A DNA stretch of 64,000 nucleotides from an uncultured Anaerolinea sp. (GCA_964503625.1 CAZDAU010000004.1:39964-103963); one strand, 5' to 3'. Counted from the stretch's first letter, positions 29,044 to 38,450 are shown. Notes: generated by a model not told the origin, from the letters alone. Made by a program: numbers and translations.

Positions 29044-31557
29044 TTAGCGGATGACTCGCACCGTCACCCGGGTCCCTTGCCCGGCAACGGAGTCGAGCTC
29101 AAGCTGCCCGCCAAGGGCGGCAGCGCGCTCACGCATATTGGCCAGACCCATTCCGCCGTGGGATTTGTCGGCCGGGTCAAAGCCCTGGCCGTTGTCAATG
29201 ATCTCCAGGGTCACCCGGCCATTTTCGGCCCGCAGCGTAACCCGGACGGTGGAAGCATGGGCATGCTTCAGGGTGTTGTTCAATGCTTCTTCTGCTATGC
29301 GAAATAGATTCAAGGTCAGGGTAGGATCCAGGTCTGGATCGCCCTGGACGACCAGACGGGCATCGATACCCGAACGCTTTTCCACCGCTTCCAACCGCCG
29401 CTGCAAGGCGCGGCCCAGTCCTTCATCCAGGTCATTAGAGGGGCGCAGCTCATAAACCAGCAAGCGCATTTCTTTGAGCGCCTGCTGGGCAGCCTGCTCA
29501 ATGCGGGCCAGATGCTGCTCAGCCAATGGTGCATTCCCCTGGCGAAGGACCTTCATACTGGCGCCCGAAAACAATACCTGGCTGTAGAGCAACTGGGTCA
29601 CCGAGTCGTGCAGCTCACGCGCCAGGCGCTGTCGTTCTTGAACCACCGCAGCCAGCTCGGCTTGCTGGGCCAGGCGGGCCCGCTCCACCAGGGCGCCAAT
29701 CTGGTCGGCGATCGTCATGAACAGGGTGATATCTTCTATGGTGTAGTCCAGAATCGTCTCGCCAAACAGGCTGATCAATCCCAACACCTGGCCCTTTGCC
29801 CGCAGGGGCGCTCCAATGTAAGCCCGGCTGCCCCAGCCATCCAAGCCAGCCAGCTCCACAGCGAGGCCAGGCTGGGCATACAGGTCGGGCAACACGAGTG
29901 GATTTGGCGAGCGGATCAAGTTTTGCCAGAAAGCATCCTTTACCGGCAGCTCTTGCAGGGTGGCGGCTGTCCCTGTGGGCAGGTCGCGTTGTGCAGCCAG
30001 GACCAGCATTTGTCCTTTGTCATCCAGGAAGTGAATAGCACCTGAGCGGCTTTTCATTGCCTCCAGGGTGATGGCCAGAACCTGATCAAGCAAAGGATCC
30101 AATGGTAGCGGCTCGCTGGCCACCGCGTTGATCCGGTACAGGGTAGATAGGTGTTGGGTGCGAATGGCGACCTGCTTTTCCAGGGCTTCCAGCACCACCG
30201 CTCGCCGGAGCGAGGCGCCGGCAATCTCAGCCACAGCATTAAAAAGACGGATGCTGCGGACAGTGAACCTGCGCCGAGCATCGAAGACCAGGCACAGCAA
30301 ACCAAAGACCGCCTCACCCGTCTTGAGCGGCACCAAGACGGCAGACTGACCCTGACCAAAGAGGGCTGAAAAGAAGCCGGGGATCGAGGGACTTTCGGCT
30401 GCGGCGCGCTGGAGAAATTCGGCTGTCTCTGGGATGACCAGGAGCTGTCCGCTGTGCATGGTCTTCCACAGGACATCGTTTTCAGGGTCTTGGGTCTCTT
30501 TGAATGGATCGCGATAGGGATGAGACAACCCAACCAGCCGCTCATCCAGGCTGGCTTTGACCACCAGGCGGGTGCCTGTCCGGTCTGGGGAAAGGAGCGC
30601 GCTGCGGCTGGCTTCAAAAAAACGGGTGATGTGATCCAAGATCGCCAGCAGGGTATTGGAGCCTGAGCGCTCTGCACCGCTGCTTTCTGCCTGCCCCAAG
30701 GCAAAAGAGATGGTGGAGAGCACTTCTAGCTCTTCAGTGCGGCGGTGTGATTGCTCGCTCAGCCACACCCGCTCCAGGACCTGGGCTACCTGGGAAGCAA
30801 ACATCTGCATCGTTTTTGCGTCATCCTGGCTGTAAGCGTTGGGGGTCAGGGCTCCCAGCGAGATGAAGCCCAACATTTGCTGCCCAGCCAGAAGCGGCGC
30901 GCCCAGCCAACCGCGCACCGATTGGATATCTGGCCAGCGATCGAAGCGATGGTCGCTCTGGACATCGGCCACGATCAGCGGCCGGCCGGCGCTGCGCATC
31001 TCTGCAACCAACGGGTCTTCGTCCAGGTGAATTGCAGCAGATATTTCAGCGTTGCGGTCTGCCAGGACAATGCGCTCATTTTCATCTACCAGGAATAGCC
31101 CGGCGCGGTCATAATGGATCAATCCATGCAAGTTGACCAGCAGCGCCTCCAGGGTCTGTTTCAGATCGCCAGCGCCTGCCAGGGCGGCCATCACATCGCG
31201 CATCACTTCAGCTTCCTGCCGGCGCTGGTGTTCGCCGCGGCGGTCCACCCAGAGCAATTGCAGCGCAGGCTCACCCCGATAGATCGATTGGGAGATCAGG
31301 ATATCCACACAGCCGGCAACCTGCCCCCAATTTGTTGGACAGATTCCTTCCAGCAGGACCGGTTGCTCACGCTCTGCCAGGCGCAAGGCCTGGCGCACCC
31401 GCTTGCGATCCCTGGGATGGAAGATCTTTATCAGTTCCGCGCCCAAAGCAAAATTTGGATCGCCCGCGCACATGCGGTCAGCCTGGGGATCGGCAAAGAC
31501 GATGCACCCATCCTGAACAAGGATGAAACCATACGGCGTTCCGTCTGGAATGGTCAT
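29044..31557 (-). CDS. Cytoplasmic sensor histidine kinase (PAS-like, three GAF, HisKA_3, HATPase)
   Basis: ERQRLARELHDSV; EEALNN, DNGQGF, GMGLANM; repeated GAF-like segments; no TM. Confidence 0.9.
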   Translation of the reverse strand: MTIPDGTPYGFILVQDGCIVFADPQADRMCAGDPNFALGAELIKIFHPRDRKRVRQALRLAEREQPVLLEGICPTNWGQVAGCVDILISQSIYRGEPALQLLWVDRRGEHQRRQEAEVMRDVMAALAGAGDLKQTLEALLVNLHGLIHYDRAGLFLVDENERIVLADRNAEISAAIHLDEDPLVAEMRSAGRPLIVADVQSDHRFDRWPDIQSVRGWLGAPLLAGQQMLGFISLGALTPNAYSQDDAKTMQMFASQVAQVLERVWLSEQSHRRTEELEVLSTISFALGQAESSGAERSGSNTLLAILDHITRFFEASRSALLSPDRTGTRLVVKASLDERLVGLSHPYRDPFKETQDPENDVLWKTMHSGQLLVIPETAEFLQRAAAESPSIPGFFSALFGQGQSAVLVPLKTGEAVFGLLCLVFDARRRFTVRSIRLFNAVAEIAGASLRRAVVLEALEKQVAIRTQHLSTLYRINAVASEPLPLDPLLDQVLAITLEAMKSRSGAIHFLDDKGQMLVLAAQRDLPTGTAATLQELPVKDAFWQNLIRSPNPLVLPDLYAQPGLAVELAGLDGWGSRAYIGAPLRAKGQVLGLISLFGETILDYTIEDITLFMTIADQIGALVERARLAQQAELAAVVQERQRLARELHDSVTQLLYSQVLFSGASMKVLRQGNAPLAEQHLARIEQAAQQALKEMRLLVYELRPSNDLDEGLGRALQRRLEAVEKRSGIDARLVVQGDPDLDPTLTLNLFRIAEEALNNTLKHAHASTVRVTLRAENGRVTLEIIDNGQGFDPADKSHGGMGLANMRERAAALGGQLELDSVAGQGTRVTVRVIR

Positions 31558-31581
31558 CTGCGCTCAAGCGATAAAATCAAC

Positions 31582-31626
31582 CTGGCTCACGAAGAGACAG
31601 GCAGAATGCCCATCTTCGTGAGCCAG
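31582..31626 (-). terminator. Perfect 14-bp inverted repeat, terminator-like
   Basis: CTGGCTCACGAAGA (31582-31595) / TCTTCGTGAGCCAG (31613-31626); GTTGATTTTAT follows on the minus strand. Confidence 0.6.
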
Positions 31627-31698
31627 TTACGGTCTTACCTGAGTCACACCACAGAAATGCAGCTAAATTGCGCCGCCCAAGGGGGTGTGAATGTCGTT

Positions 31699-32262
31699 TC
31701 AAGCGGCTGGGGCAGGCTCGGCGGTCTCAGCAACCGGCTCGAGGTTGCCACGGCCATTGCTTTTTTCGCCAGCCGGTCCATCCAATTTTTGCCCGGTCTT
31801 CCTGGCTGCATCGCTGTTCTTTGCCGCCTGTTGTTGAGCCTGGCGGGCGCGGCGATACGCCGGGCTGTAAACAACGATTGCCTCGACAAAGACCTGGCGC
31901 ATTCTCGGATCCTGATCCAGGCTGCCATCAATCAGTTGCGCCAGGTTAAAATCCAGGCTGTCGGCAAATTCTTCCAAGGAGCGCCGAAAGGCCCAGGCTT
32001 CAGATTCCGAGAGGCTGGAAAGCCAGGTTTTGAAATCCTGGGGAAACAGGGCTGCGCCCTGGCCAAGTGCCCAGGCGCGGAAAGCTTCCGTTTCAGCCCG
32101 GCGGTTGAAAAGCCCACGCCAGCGCTCCCCCAGCCACCCAGTCCAGCGTTTGGTGGAAGCAACGGCTCTGCCTGTTGCACCATCCAGACGCTCGCCAAAA
32201 CGGCTAGACGCCAGCAGATAGCCCAGCAGGGCAAATAAAACCAACAGACTAAGCAGGTACAT
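31699..32262 (-). CDS. Hypothetical protein with N-terminal TM helix
   Basis: GGAG 6 nt before ATG; hydrophobic N-terminus ending GYLLASSRF. Confidence 0.7.
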   Translation of the reverse strand: MYLLSLLVLFALLGYLLASSRFGERLDGATGRAVASTKRWTGWLGERWRGLFNRRAETEAFRAWALGQGAALFPQDFKTWLSSLSESEAWAFRRSLEEFADSLDFNLAQLIDGSLDQDPRMRQVFVEAIVVYSPAYRRARQAQQQAAKNSDAARKTGQKLDGPAGEKSNGRGNLEPVAETAEPAPAA

Positions 32263-32274
32263 TCCAGGCTCCGA

Positions 32275-32349
32275 TCAGGATTTGCGGCTTTTGCCCAGCA
32301 AATATCCAACCACAAGTGCAATCAGCACCAAAATGACCAGTTCAAACAT
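32275..32349 (-). CDS. 24-aa single-TM micro-protein (not in ORF track)
   Basis: MFELVILVLIALVVGYLLGKSRKS; GGAGGT 5 nt before ATG; TGTTATAAT at 32405-32397. Confidence 0.7.
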   Translation of the reverse strand: MFELVILVLIALVVGYLLGKSRKS

Positions 32350-32411
32350 ACAACACCTCCAGAGATCAAGATAGCCTATGGATTGACAACATTTGCATTA
32401 TAACACAGCCG

Positions 32412-35255
32412 TCAGGACAAGTTTTTTGCCCGAGCGTTTGCATCGCTTTCAGCCAGCAGGCCGCCATCCAGGGTGAACTTACGCCATTCCGCACTGGCCC
32501 ACAACTCCTGGCGGACCGCCTGTTCAGCCGCCAGCAGGCTGGCATAGCGAGAACCCGGCTGTTTTGCCAGCACTTCCGGCATGCCATCCTCAACGATCCT
32601 GCCGTTTTCGATCACCAGGACACGGGGAAAAGCCAGCGTCTCGCCGACATCGTGGGTGATACAGAGCAGGGTGACGCCATCCCAATGCCGGCGGGCCTGC
32701 TCCAGAAGATTGCGCCGCTTTTCACGGTCCAGGCCGCGGAAAGGCTCATCCAGGATTACCAGGCGGGCCCCAACGCGGAGCATGGCTCTTCCCAGGCGCA
32801 CGCGCTGGCCCTCGCCACCGGAAACCAGGCCGCCTCCTTCGCCCAGGGGGGTCTTCAACCCGTCAGGCAGCCGATCCAGCACATCGTACAGGTCCGCCGA
32901 TTGGATCACTTCGCTCAACGGCCGGGCTTCGCTTTGCTCCATGCCATAGCGTAAATTATCGTACAAGGAGCGGTTCCAGAGCTGCACTGCCGGGTCCACC
33001 CAGGTGGTCTGGCGGCGCAAAGACTGCAGGCTGTTTCCATCCAGGGGCTGGCCATCCACTTGGATGCTACCCTGCGATGGCCGGTGCCAGCCCAAGAGCA
33101 AGCCAACCAGGCTGGATTTGCCTGCGCCTGACGGACCGACGATGGCCAGATGCTCGCCTGGCTGGATGTTCAGATTGATCCCCTCCAGGATAACGTGCCC
33201 GCCCGCTTGCAAGGTCACTTGCTGGATATCGATGCTCACCGGGGCAGAGACGGCTGGCTGAAGCATATCTTTTTGCTTCTCTGGGCTTTGAGACTCTATC
33301 GGCTGCGCCGCCCAGGCTTCTTCCTCATCCGGCGCGGTCAGTGGCTCCAGCAAGCGCAGGACCAAGTTGCGCTGCATGGGATACTGCTGAATCAAATCTG
33401 CCAGCGACTGGCCCAGAGCTGGTAGGCTGAGAGTCCAGTAGAAGAGCAGCAGGATCTCGTTGACATCACCGCCTTTCAAGAGGTAATTGACAATTATCAA
33501 AATGGCAAAGGCAGAGTACATCAAGGCGCCCAGAGCCTGTAAAATTGAGGCCAGGTTGTAGGATTCTCGCCCTGTGCGCACCCATTCATAGAGCTGGGTC
33601 TCGTGCTGACGGCGCATGGCCCGCTCAGCGCCATGGGTGCGCACAGGCACCAGTCCAAGCAGGGCGTCCAGGTAAAAGCGGCTCAAAGCCCCCGTGTGCG
33701 TGCGCAGGCGCAGGTCGCGCTCTTCCAGCAGCGGGCGGCTGGCAAAGGACAGGCCTACGAAGAAGGCCGTGCCCAAGATCGCCAATGGCGCGCTGATCGG
33801 ATCCAGCCAGATCACCCCAATCATGGTCAGGATGAGCTGGAAACCCGTCCGCAACAGGCCCACCCCCAGGTTGGGCAACGAGCGCAGGGCGCGCAGGTCA
33901 TGAGCGCGCTGGGTCATGTCGGAAGTCAGGCGGCTGCGGAAGTAGCGATCACCCAGGCGCGGGATTTTCTCCAGGAAGGCGATCCGCAGGCGGGCCTCCA
34001 GCCGCCGGCCCATGCGCAAAACCGTGGCGCTGATCGGAAATTCCAGCAGCAGAAGCGCCAGGACAAAAGCCAGCAAAGACAGGGAAGCCAGGATCCGCTG
34101 CGAGACCAGGGTCAGGTTCTGGCCAATGCGGATCATCCCCTGGAAAAGCAACGCTTCAATCAACACGCCCAGGGTTGCCAGGAACAAGGAAAGGACCAAC
34201 AAAGCAGGCGTGAGCAGGCCATCCTGGCGCAGGGCTTTCCAGACTTCTCTTTCCGGCCGCTGGACCGGCTCCTTGAGCGCTGCTTCCAGATCGGGGGGCA
34301 GCAAGACAGCCTGCGATATGCCGGCATCTTCTTGCGGGCCAGCCATTGCCGCGGCAGGTTTGCGTCCCAAAATGCGCACAAGCACTGCGCCACGCAAAAG
34401 CAGGTGCTGCAGCGGCTCTGTGCCGCTGGCCTGGGCTTCATTCTCAATAACGGGCAAGACCGACCAATAAGCCGCCGGGATCACCAGGCTCTCTGGGGCC
34501 TGATCTTGCAGCACCGATCCCTGGCGGCTTTCAACTTCGGGGAGAGGGCCAACCAGGTTGAGGCGATAGAAACGCTCCAGCACCCGACCCGCCTCGCTGC
34601 CAGCGAGCAGGCCGCGCGCCCGCACCAGGGAGGCGGTCATGCGCGTGGCTGCGTCCAGGGTGGCCAGGGCGCGCCAGCCAGGATCTTGCAGCGCGTCTTC
34701 AATCAACCGAGAGGCTTCCTGGTCGGCGATTTTTAAATCGGCCATCCGCCGGCGCAATGGCGCCAGCAAGCCTTCCGAACCAGCCCAAGCGCGCCAATCC
34801 TGGACCGGCACCGGAAACGAATGAATGTATAACTCTTGCTGGAAACGCTTCCAGCTTGGCCAGCGCCGTCCGGTAGCCGGATCCATCACCTGCAGCCTGT
34901 TCCCCACCCGGTTCCAGACCACCAGGAAGTGGGTCAATCCACTGGGCCGCTGAACCACCACAATGGCCGGCAGAGCCTGGGCTTCATCGAGCACCAGATG
35001 GTCCGCAGGGAGCATCACCTGTTCCGCCTGCAGGCCAAGCTGGATGGCAATATCTTCAATTGTGTTGATCGAAGTGCCGTCCACATCGGTCTGGCAGGCT
35101 TCGCGCAGGCGCCCGTAGCTCACCGGGATGTTGAAACCCTCCAGCAGGGATTTAAGCGCCGCCGGCCCGCAATCCATCGCTGAGGTCTGTACTACCTCAG
35201 GGGCAAAGAAACGTTGGCCCGGAACTGGCACTTCAAGACGCATGATGTGGGTCAA
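32412..35255 (-). CDS. Peptidase C39-containing ABC exporter (PCAT)
   Basis: QTSAMDCG, THFLVV, VMDP catalytic motifs; TMD; GPSGAGKS, VSGGE, ILDEP, ITHD. Confidence 0.92.
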   Translation of the reverse strand: MTHIMRLEVPVPGQRFFAPEVVQTSAMDCGPAALKSLLEGFNIPVSYGRLREACQTDVDGTSINTIEDIAIQLGLQAEQVMLPADHLVLDEAQALPAIVVVQRPSGLTHFLVVWNRVGNRLQVMDPATGRRWPSWKRFQQELYIHSFPVPVQDWRAWAGSEGLLAPLRRRMADLKIADQEASRLIEDALQDPGWRALATLDAATRMTASLVRARGLLAGSEAGRVLERFYRLNLVGPLPEVESRQGSVLQDQAPESLVIPAAYWSVLPVIENEAQASGTEPLQHLLLRGAVLVRILGRKPAAAMAGPQEDAGISQAVLLPPDLEAALKEPVQRPEREVWKALRQDGLLTPALLVLSLFLATLGVLIEALLFQGMIRIGQNLTLVSQRILASLSLLAFVLALLLLEFPISATVLRMGRRLEARLRIAFLEKIPRLGDRYFRSRLTSDMTQRAHDLRALRSLPNLGVGLLRTGFQLILTMIGVIWLDPISAPLAILGTAFFVGLSFASRPLLEERDLRLRTHTGALSRFYLDALLGLVPVRTHGAERAMRRQHETQLYEWVRTGRESYNLASILQALGALMYSAFAILIIVNYLLKGGDVNEILLLFYWTLSLPALGQSLADLIQQYPMQRNLVLRLLEPLTAPDEEEAWAAQPIESQSPEKQKDMLQPAVSAPVSIDIQQVTLQAGGHVILEGINLNIQPGEHLAIVGPSGAGKSSLVGLLLGWHRPSQGSIQVDGQPLDGNSLQSLRRQTTWVDPAVQLWNRSLYDNLRYGMEQSEARPLSEVIQSADLYDVLDRLPDGLKTPLGEGGGLVSGGEGQRVRLGRAMLRVGARLVILDEPFRGLDREKRRNLLEQARRHWDGVTLLCITHDVGETLAFPRVLVIENGRIVEDGMPEVLAKQPGSRYASLLAAEQAVRQELWASAEWRKFTLDGGLLAESDANARAKNLS

Positions 35256-35746
35256 TCCTGGGGGTTCTGCGGACTGACAGGCAGCTGGCTGCGGTTGAGG
35301 AATTTACCCGAGGTGCGCAAAACCAGCTCTGCAGGCGTGACATATTCCACTTCCACATCCACCTGGCCGGAGATCTCGCCCTGCTGCACATCAACTGGCA
35401 GCCCGCCAGAAAGCACCATGATTTCAACTTGTTCCCCCTCCCGTGGCAAATCCCAGACCACAGCCGAAAGAGTCAGCGCGGGTTGGTCGGGTCCCTGGCT
35501 CAAGCGCAGGATGGCGGGCATTCCAGGGCGCAGGCGTGAGCGGGACTCTTTTGGGAAAGTGACCAGAATTTTTCCGTCGGCGGCCATTTCCACCGAGTTG
35601 CTGATTTCGTACAGCGTCACTTTGGCCAGGAAAAACCACAGGATCAAGGCCAGCATGATGAAGATGGCAAAAACTAAGCCAATGCGCGTGGCACGGAAAC
35701 TATCCAGGCGCAAGGCGCGCATTGAGCGAGAGAATTGAATGGACAC
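35252..35746 (-). CDS. Truncated HlyD-like membrane-fusion/adaptor protein
   Basis: One N-terminal TM; RLRPGMPA and GQVDVEVEYVTPAELVLR beta-barrel-like segments; only 164 aa; stop overlaps PCAT start. Confidence 0.6.
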   Translation of the reverse strand: MSIQFSRSMRALRLDSFRATRIGLVFAIFIMLALILWFFLAKVTLYEISNSVEMAADGKILVTFPKESRSRLRPGMPAILRLSQGPDQPALTLSAVVWDLPREGEQVEIMVLSGGLPVDVQQGEISGQVDVEVEYVTPAELVLRTSGKFLNRSQLPVSPQNPQD

Positions 35747-35766
35747 CCTAATGCTCCATGAGCCAA

Positions 35767-35862
35767 CACTACAATTTGACCAATTATAAATGAGATTTCA
35801 AAGCCACAACCGAAAGATGCGACAAATGACATAGCTAAAACCCATTCCCCCCTGCGACAAAT
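35767..35862. promoter_or_regulatory. Divergent promoter region with TATAAT (minus, 35788-35783) and two TGCGACAAAT boxes
   Basis: TGCGACAAAT at 35818 and 35853; motif set shared with 43854-43959. Confidence 0.6.
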
Positions 35863-35996
35863 TCCTCTTGTCCCTTGTCTGTGCACATGATAAGATTTCA
35901 AGAGACTGAGTGCGGGTGCGGCTTTTGCGCCCACCTGTTTTTTGACTTTCCAACCTGGCAGGTGTTGCCTGCCATTTCCAGCCTGGGACCGCTTGC

Positions 35997-38201
35997 ATGG
36001 CAGCCAGAGAGCCCAATCTTGAACAGATCGCCTGGCCGGTGACCCGTCTGGGTGAGTTAACCGAAAATCTGGCGCGTAAAGCCGGGCTGACTGCCCGGCT
36101 GGTTCAGTTGCCTCAGCCGCCCGACGGTTTGGGCTTATCCAGCGACGCGGAACTCGGCGCCTGGCTGGACAACGCCGCCGGCTACCTGGGGCTGGAAGCG
36201 GAGCCGGTGAGCGCGCAATACGCCGATCTGGACCTTTTGCTCCAGGCCGGCGGCCCGGCGATCCTGAGGCTGCCAGGCACATCTCCGACAGGCGAATCGC
36301 TCGCCGGCCCTGCTTTTGTGGCGCTGGTGCGCGGCGCATCTAACAAGGTTTCCATCCTGTGCCCAGATCTGCGCGTGCGCCGCCTGAACCTGGCAACGCT
36401 GCAGGCCTTGCTCACCCGGCCTTATGACGCTTATCTGGGGGAGCAAATTGATCAACTGCTGGTCGATGCCGATGTGCCGGCGGAACGGCTGCAGCGTGCC
36501 CGGGCGGCTGTTTTGCGCGACCAGCTCGGCCCTCTGCGGATAGAGGCGGGCTGGCTGCTGCGCCTGCCGCCCTCGGCCAGCCTGCACAACCAGTTCCACC
36601 ATGCCGGGGTTTATCGACCGGTCAGGATCATGCTGTTCATGTATTTTATCCAGCAGTTGCTCTCGGTGGCTTCCTGGTTTGTCATCGGCCGGGGAATTTT
36701 CCAGGGCCATTTTGACCTGGGTTGGCTGGCAGCCTGGGCCATCCTGTTGCTCTCATCTATTCCGGTACAAATCGTTGTCAGCGATGCCCAAAGCGAGCTC
36801 TCGATGAGCGCAGGTGCGCTGTTCAAGCAACGGCTGATCCTGGGCACCCTGAAGCTGGATCCAGAAGAAATTCGCCACCAGGGCATGGGCCAGTTTCTGA
36901 ACCGGGTGATGGAATCTGAGGCGGTGGAGATGCTGGCTCTGAGCGGCGGTTTCACTGCCCTGCTCTCATTTATTGAGCTGGGCCTGGCCGTTGTGATCCT
37001 CTTCAATGGCTCTGGCGGAGCTATCAGCGCCGCCAGCCTGGTGATCTGGGTGTTGCTCACCCTGGTGATGCTGTGGCGCTACTATCAAAACAGCCGCGAA
37101 TGGACTGAGGCCTACCGGGAGATGACCAATCACCTGGTGGAGGAGATGGTTGGCCACCGCACCCGCCTGATCCAGCAAGACCCGCGCCGCTGGCATGAAG
37201 ATGAGGATCAGGAATTGGATCGCTATCTTAAGCTCTCCGAAAGCATGGATCAAACAGGTATCGGGATCAGCTCTTTCATCACCCGGGGCTGGATCCTGGT
37301 CGGCCTGGCGGGGATTGCCCTGGCCTATGTGGCGGGCAATCCCACTCCACAATCGCTGGCGATCAGCCTGGGTGGGATGCTGCTGGCCTCGCAAGGCTTG
37401 GGCAAGCTCACCGCCGGAACACAGAGCTTATCCAGCCTGGCCAACGCCTGGCAACAGGTTGGGCCGCTGTTCAAAGCCGCTGCCCGCCCGCGCCAGTTAC
37501 CTGCCCTGGGCTTCGTCCCGCCGGCTCGCGGCCGGATGCCAGACTCATCGGCTGCAGGGCAGGTCCAGACGGCACCTGCTAACGGACAGCAAGCGTTGAT
37601 TCAGGCCAGGGATGTGAGCTTTCGCTACCGGCCGCAAGGCCGGTCGATCTTGCAGGATTGCACCTTACAGATTTACCCTGGAGATCGACTCTTGTTGGAA
37701 GGACCTTCGGGCGGCGGAAAATCCACCCTTGCGGCTGTGCTCACCGGCTTGCGAGCGCCCGAATCCGGCTCGCTTTTGCTCTGGGGCTTCGACCGCCAAT
37801 TGCTTGGCGTGGAGGAATGGCGCAAACGAGTGGTCATGGCGCCCCAATTCCAGGAAAACTACGTGTTTTCTGAGACGCTGGCGTTTAACTTGCTGATGGG
37901 GCGAGGTTGGCCACCTAAACCCGAGGACCTTGAGGAAGCCGAGAGCATTTGCCAGGAACTGGGCCTGGGCGAGGTGCTCCAGCGTATGCCCTCCGGATTC
38001 CAGCAGATGGTCGGCGAGAGCGGCTGGCAGCTTTCGCATGGCGAGCGCAGCCGGCTGTTCATTGCCCGCACCTTGCTGCAGAAAGCCGACCTGATCGTAT
38101 TGGACGAGAGCTTCGGCGCGTTGGACCCCGAGAACCTGGAGCGCGCTTTGCAGTGTGTGCTGCGACGTGCGCCAACTTTGCTGGTCATCGCACACCCATA
38201 G
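35997..38201 (+). CDS. ABC exporter with inactive C39-like domain (probable heterodimer partner)
   Basis: LGLEAEPV...PAI aligns with the C39 domain but the Cys/His/Asp motifs are absent; GPSGGGKST, LSHGE, VLDES; ends at IAHP. Confidence 0.85.
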   Translation: MAAREPNLEQIAWPVTRLGELTENLARKAGLTARLVQLPQPPDGLGLSSDAELGAWLDNAAGYLGLEAEPVSAQYADLDLLLQAGGPAILRLPGTSPTGESLAGPAFVALVRGASNKVSILCPDLRVRRLNLATLQALLTRPYDAYLGEQIDQLLVDADVPAERLQRARAAVLRDQLGPLRIEAGWLLRLPPSASLHNQFHHAGVYRPVRIMLFMYFIQQLLSVASWFVIGRGIFQGHFDLGWLAAWAILLLSSIPVQIVVSDAQSELSMSAGALFKQRLILGTLKLDPEEIRHQGMGQFLNRVMESEAVEMLALSGGFTALLSFIELGLAVVILFNGSGGAISAASLVIWVLLTLVMLWRYYQNSREWTEAYREMTNHLVEEMVGHRTRLIQQDPRRWHEDEDQELDRYLKLSESMDQTGIGISSFITRGWILVGLAGIALAYVAGNPTPQSLAISLGGMLLASQGLGKLTAGTQSLSSLANAWQQVGPLFKAAARPRQLPALGFVPPARGRMPDSSAAGQVQTAPANGQQALIQARDVSFRYRPQGRSILQDCTLQIYPGDRLLLEGPSGGGKSTLAAVLTGLRAPESGSLLLWGFDRQLLGVEEWRKRVVMAPQFQENYVFSETLAFNLLMGRGWPPKPEDLEEAESICQELGLGEVLQRMPSGFQQMVGESGWQLSHGERSRLFIARTLLQKADLIVLDESFGALDPENLERALQCVLRRAPTLLVIAHP

Positions 38202-38229
38202 ACGCGCTTACTCAGCTTGAATTGACCAC

Positions 38230-38238
38230 TGATATAAT
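38230..38238 (+). promoter_or_regulatory. Extended -10 promoter element
   Basis: TGATATAAT about 30 nt upstream of ATG 38268; AAAGGA RBS between them. Confidence 0.55.
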
Positions 38239-38267
38239 ACACAAGATTGGTAAAGGAAACTTACACG

Positions 38268-38450
38268 ATGAAAATTCGCACCGGATTGAAAGCAGGCCAG
38301 GGGTTAGGAGACACCGTTGCCGACCTGGCTCACCTGACCGGCATGGACCAGTTGGCCAGGGTATATGAACAAACCACCGGAAAAAGCTGCGGCTGCGATC
38401 AGCGCCGACAGACGCTCAACCAGCTATTTCCATTCAGACAGAGCGCTTGA
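38268..38450 (+). CDS. 60-aa peptide, candidate PCAT substrate
   Basis: MKIRTGLKAG-QGLGDTVADLAHLTGMDQLARVYEQTTGKSCGCDQRRQTLNQLFPFRQSA; own RBS and extended -10. Confidence 0.75.
   Translation: MKIRTGLKAGQGLGDTVADLAHLTGMDQLARVYEQTTGKSCGCDQRRQTLNQLFPFRQSA

Noticed and set aside
31114-34736. Long opposite-strand ORFs (e.g. 31114..32238, 33603..34736; likewise 13653..14540 and 57440..58516)
   Set aside because: They shadow well-supported genes in GC-rich DNA and show no recognisable motifs
35758-35793. 11-aa ORF MSQHYNLTNYK in the divergent intergenic region
   Set aside because: No RBS, and it overlaps the promoter motifs
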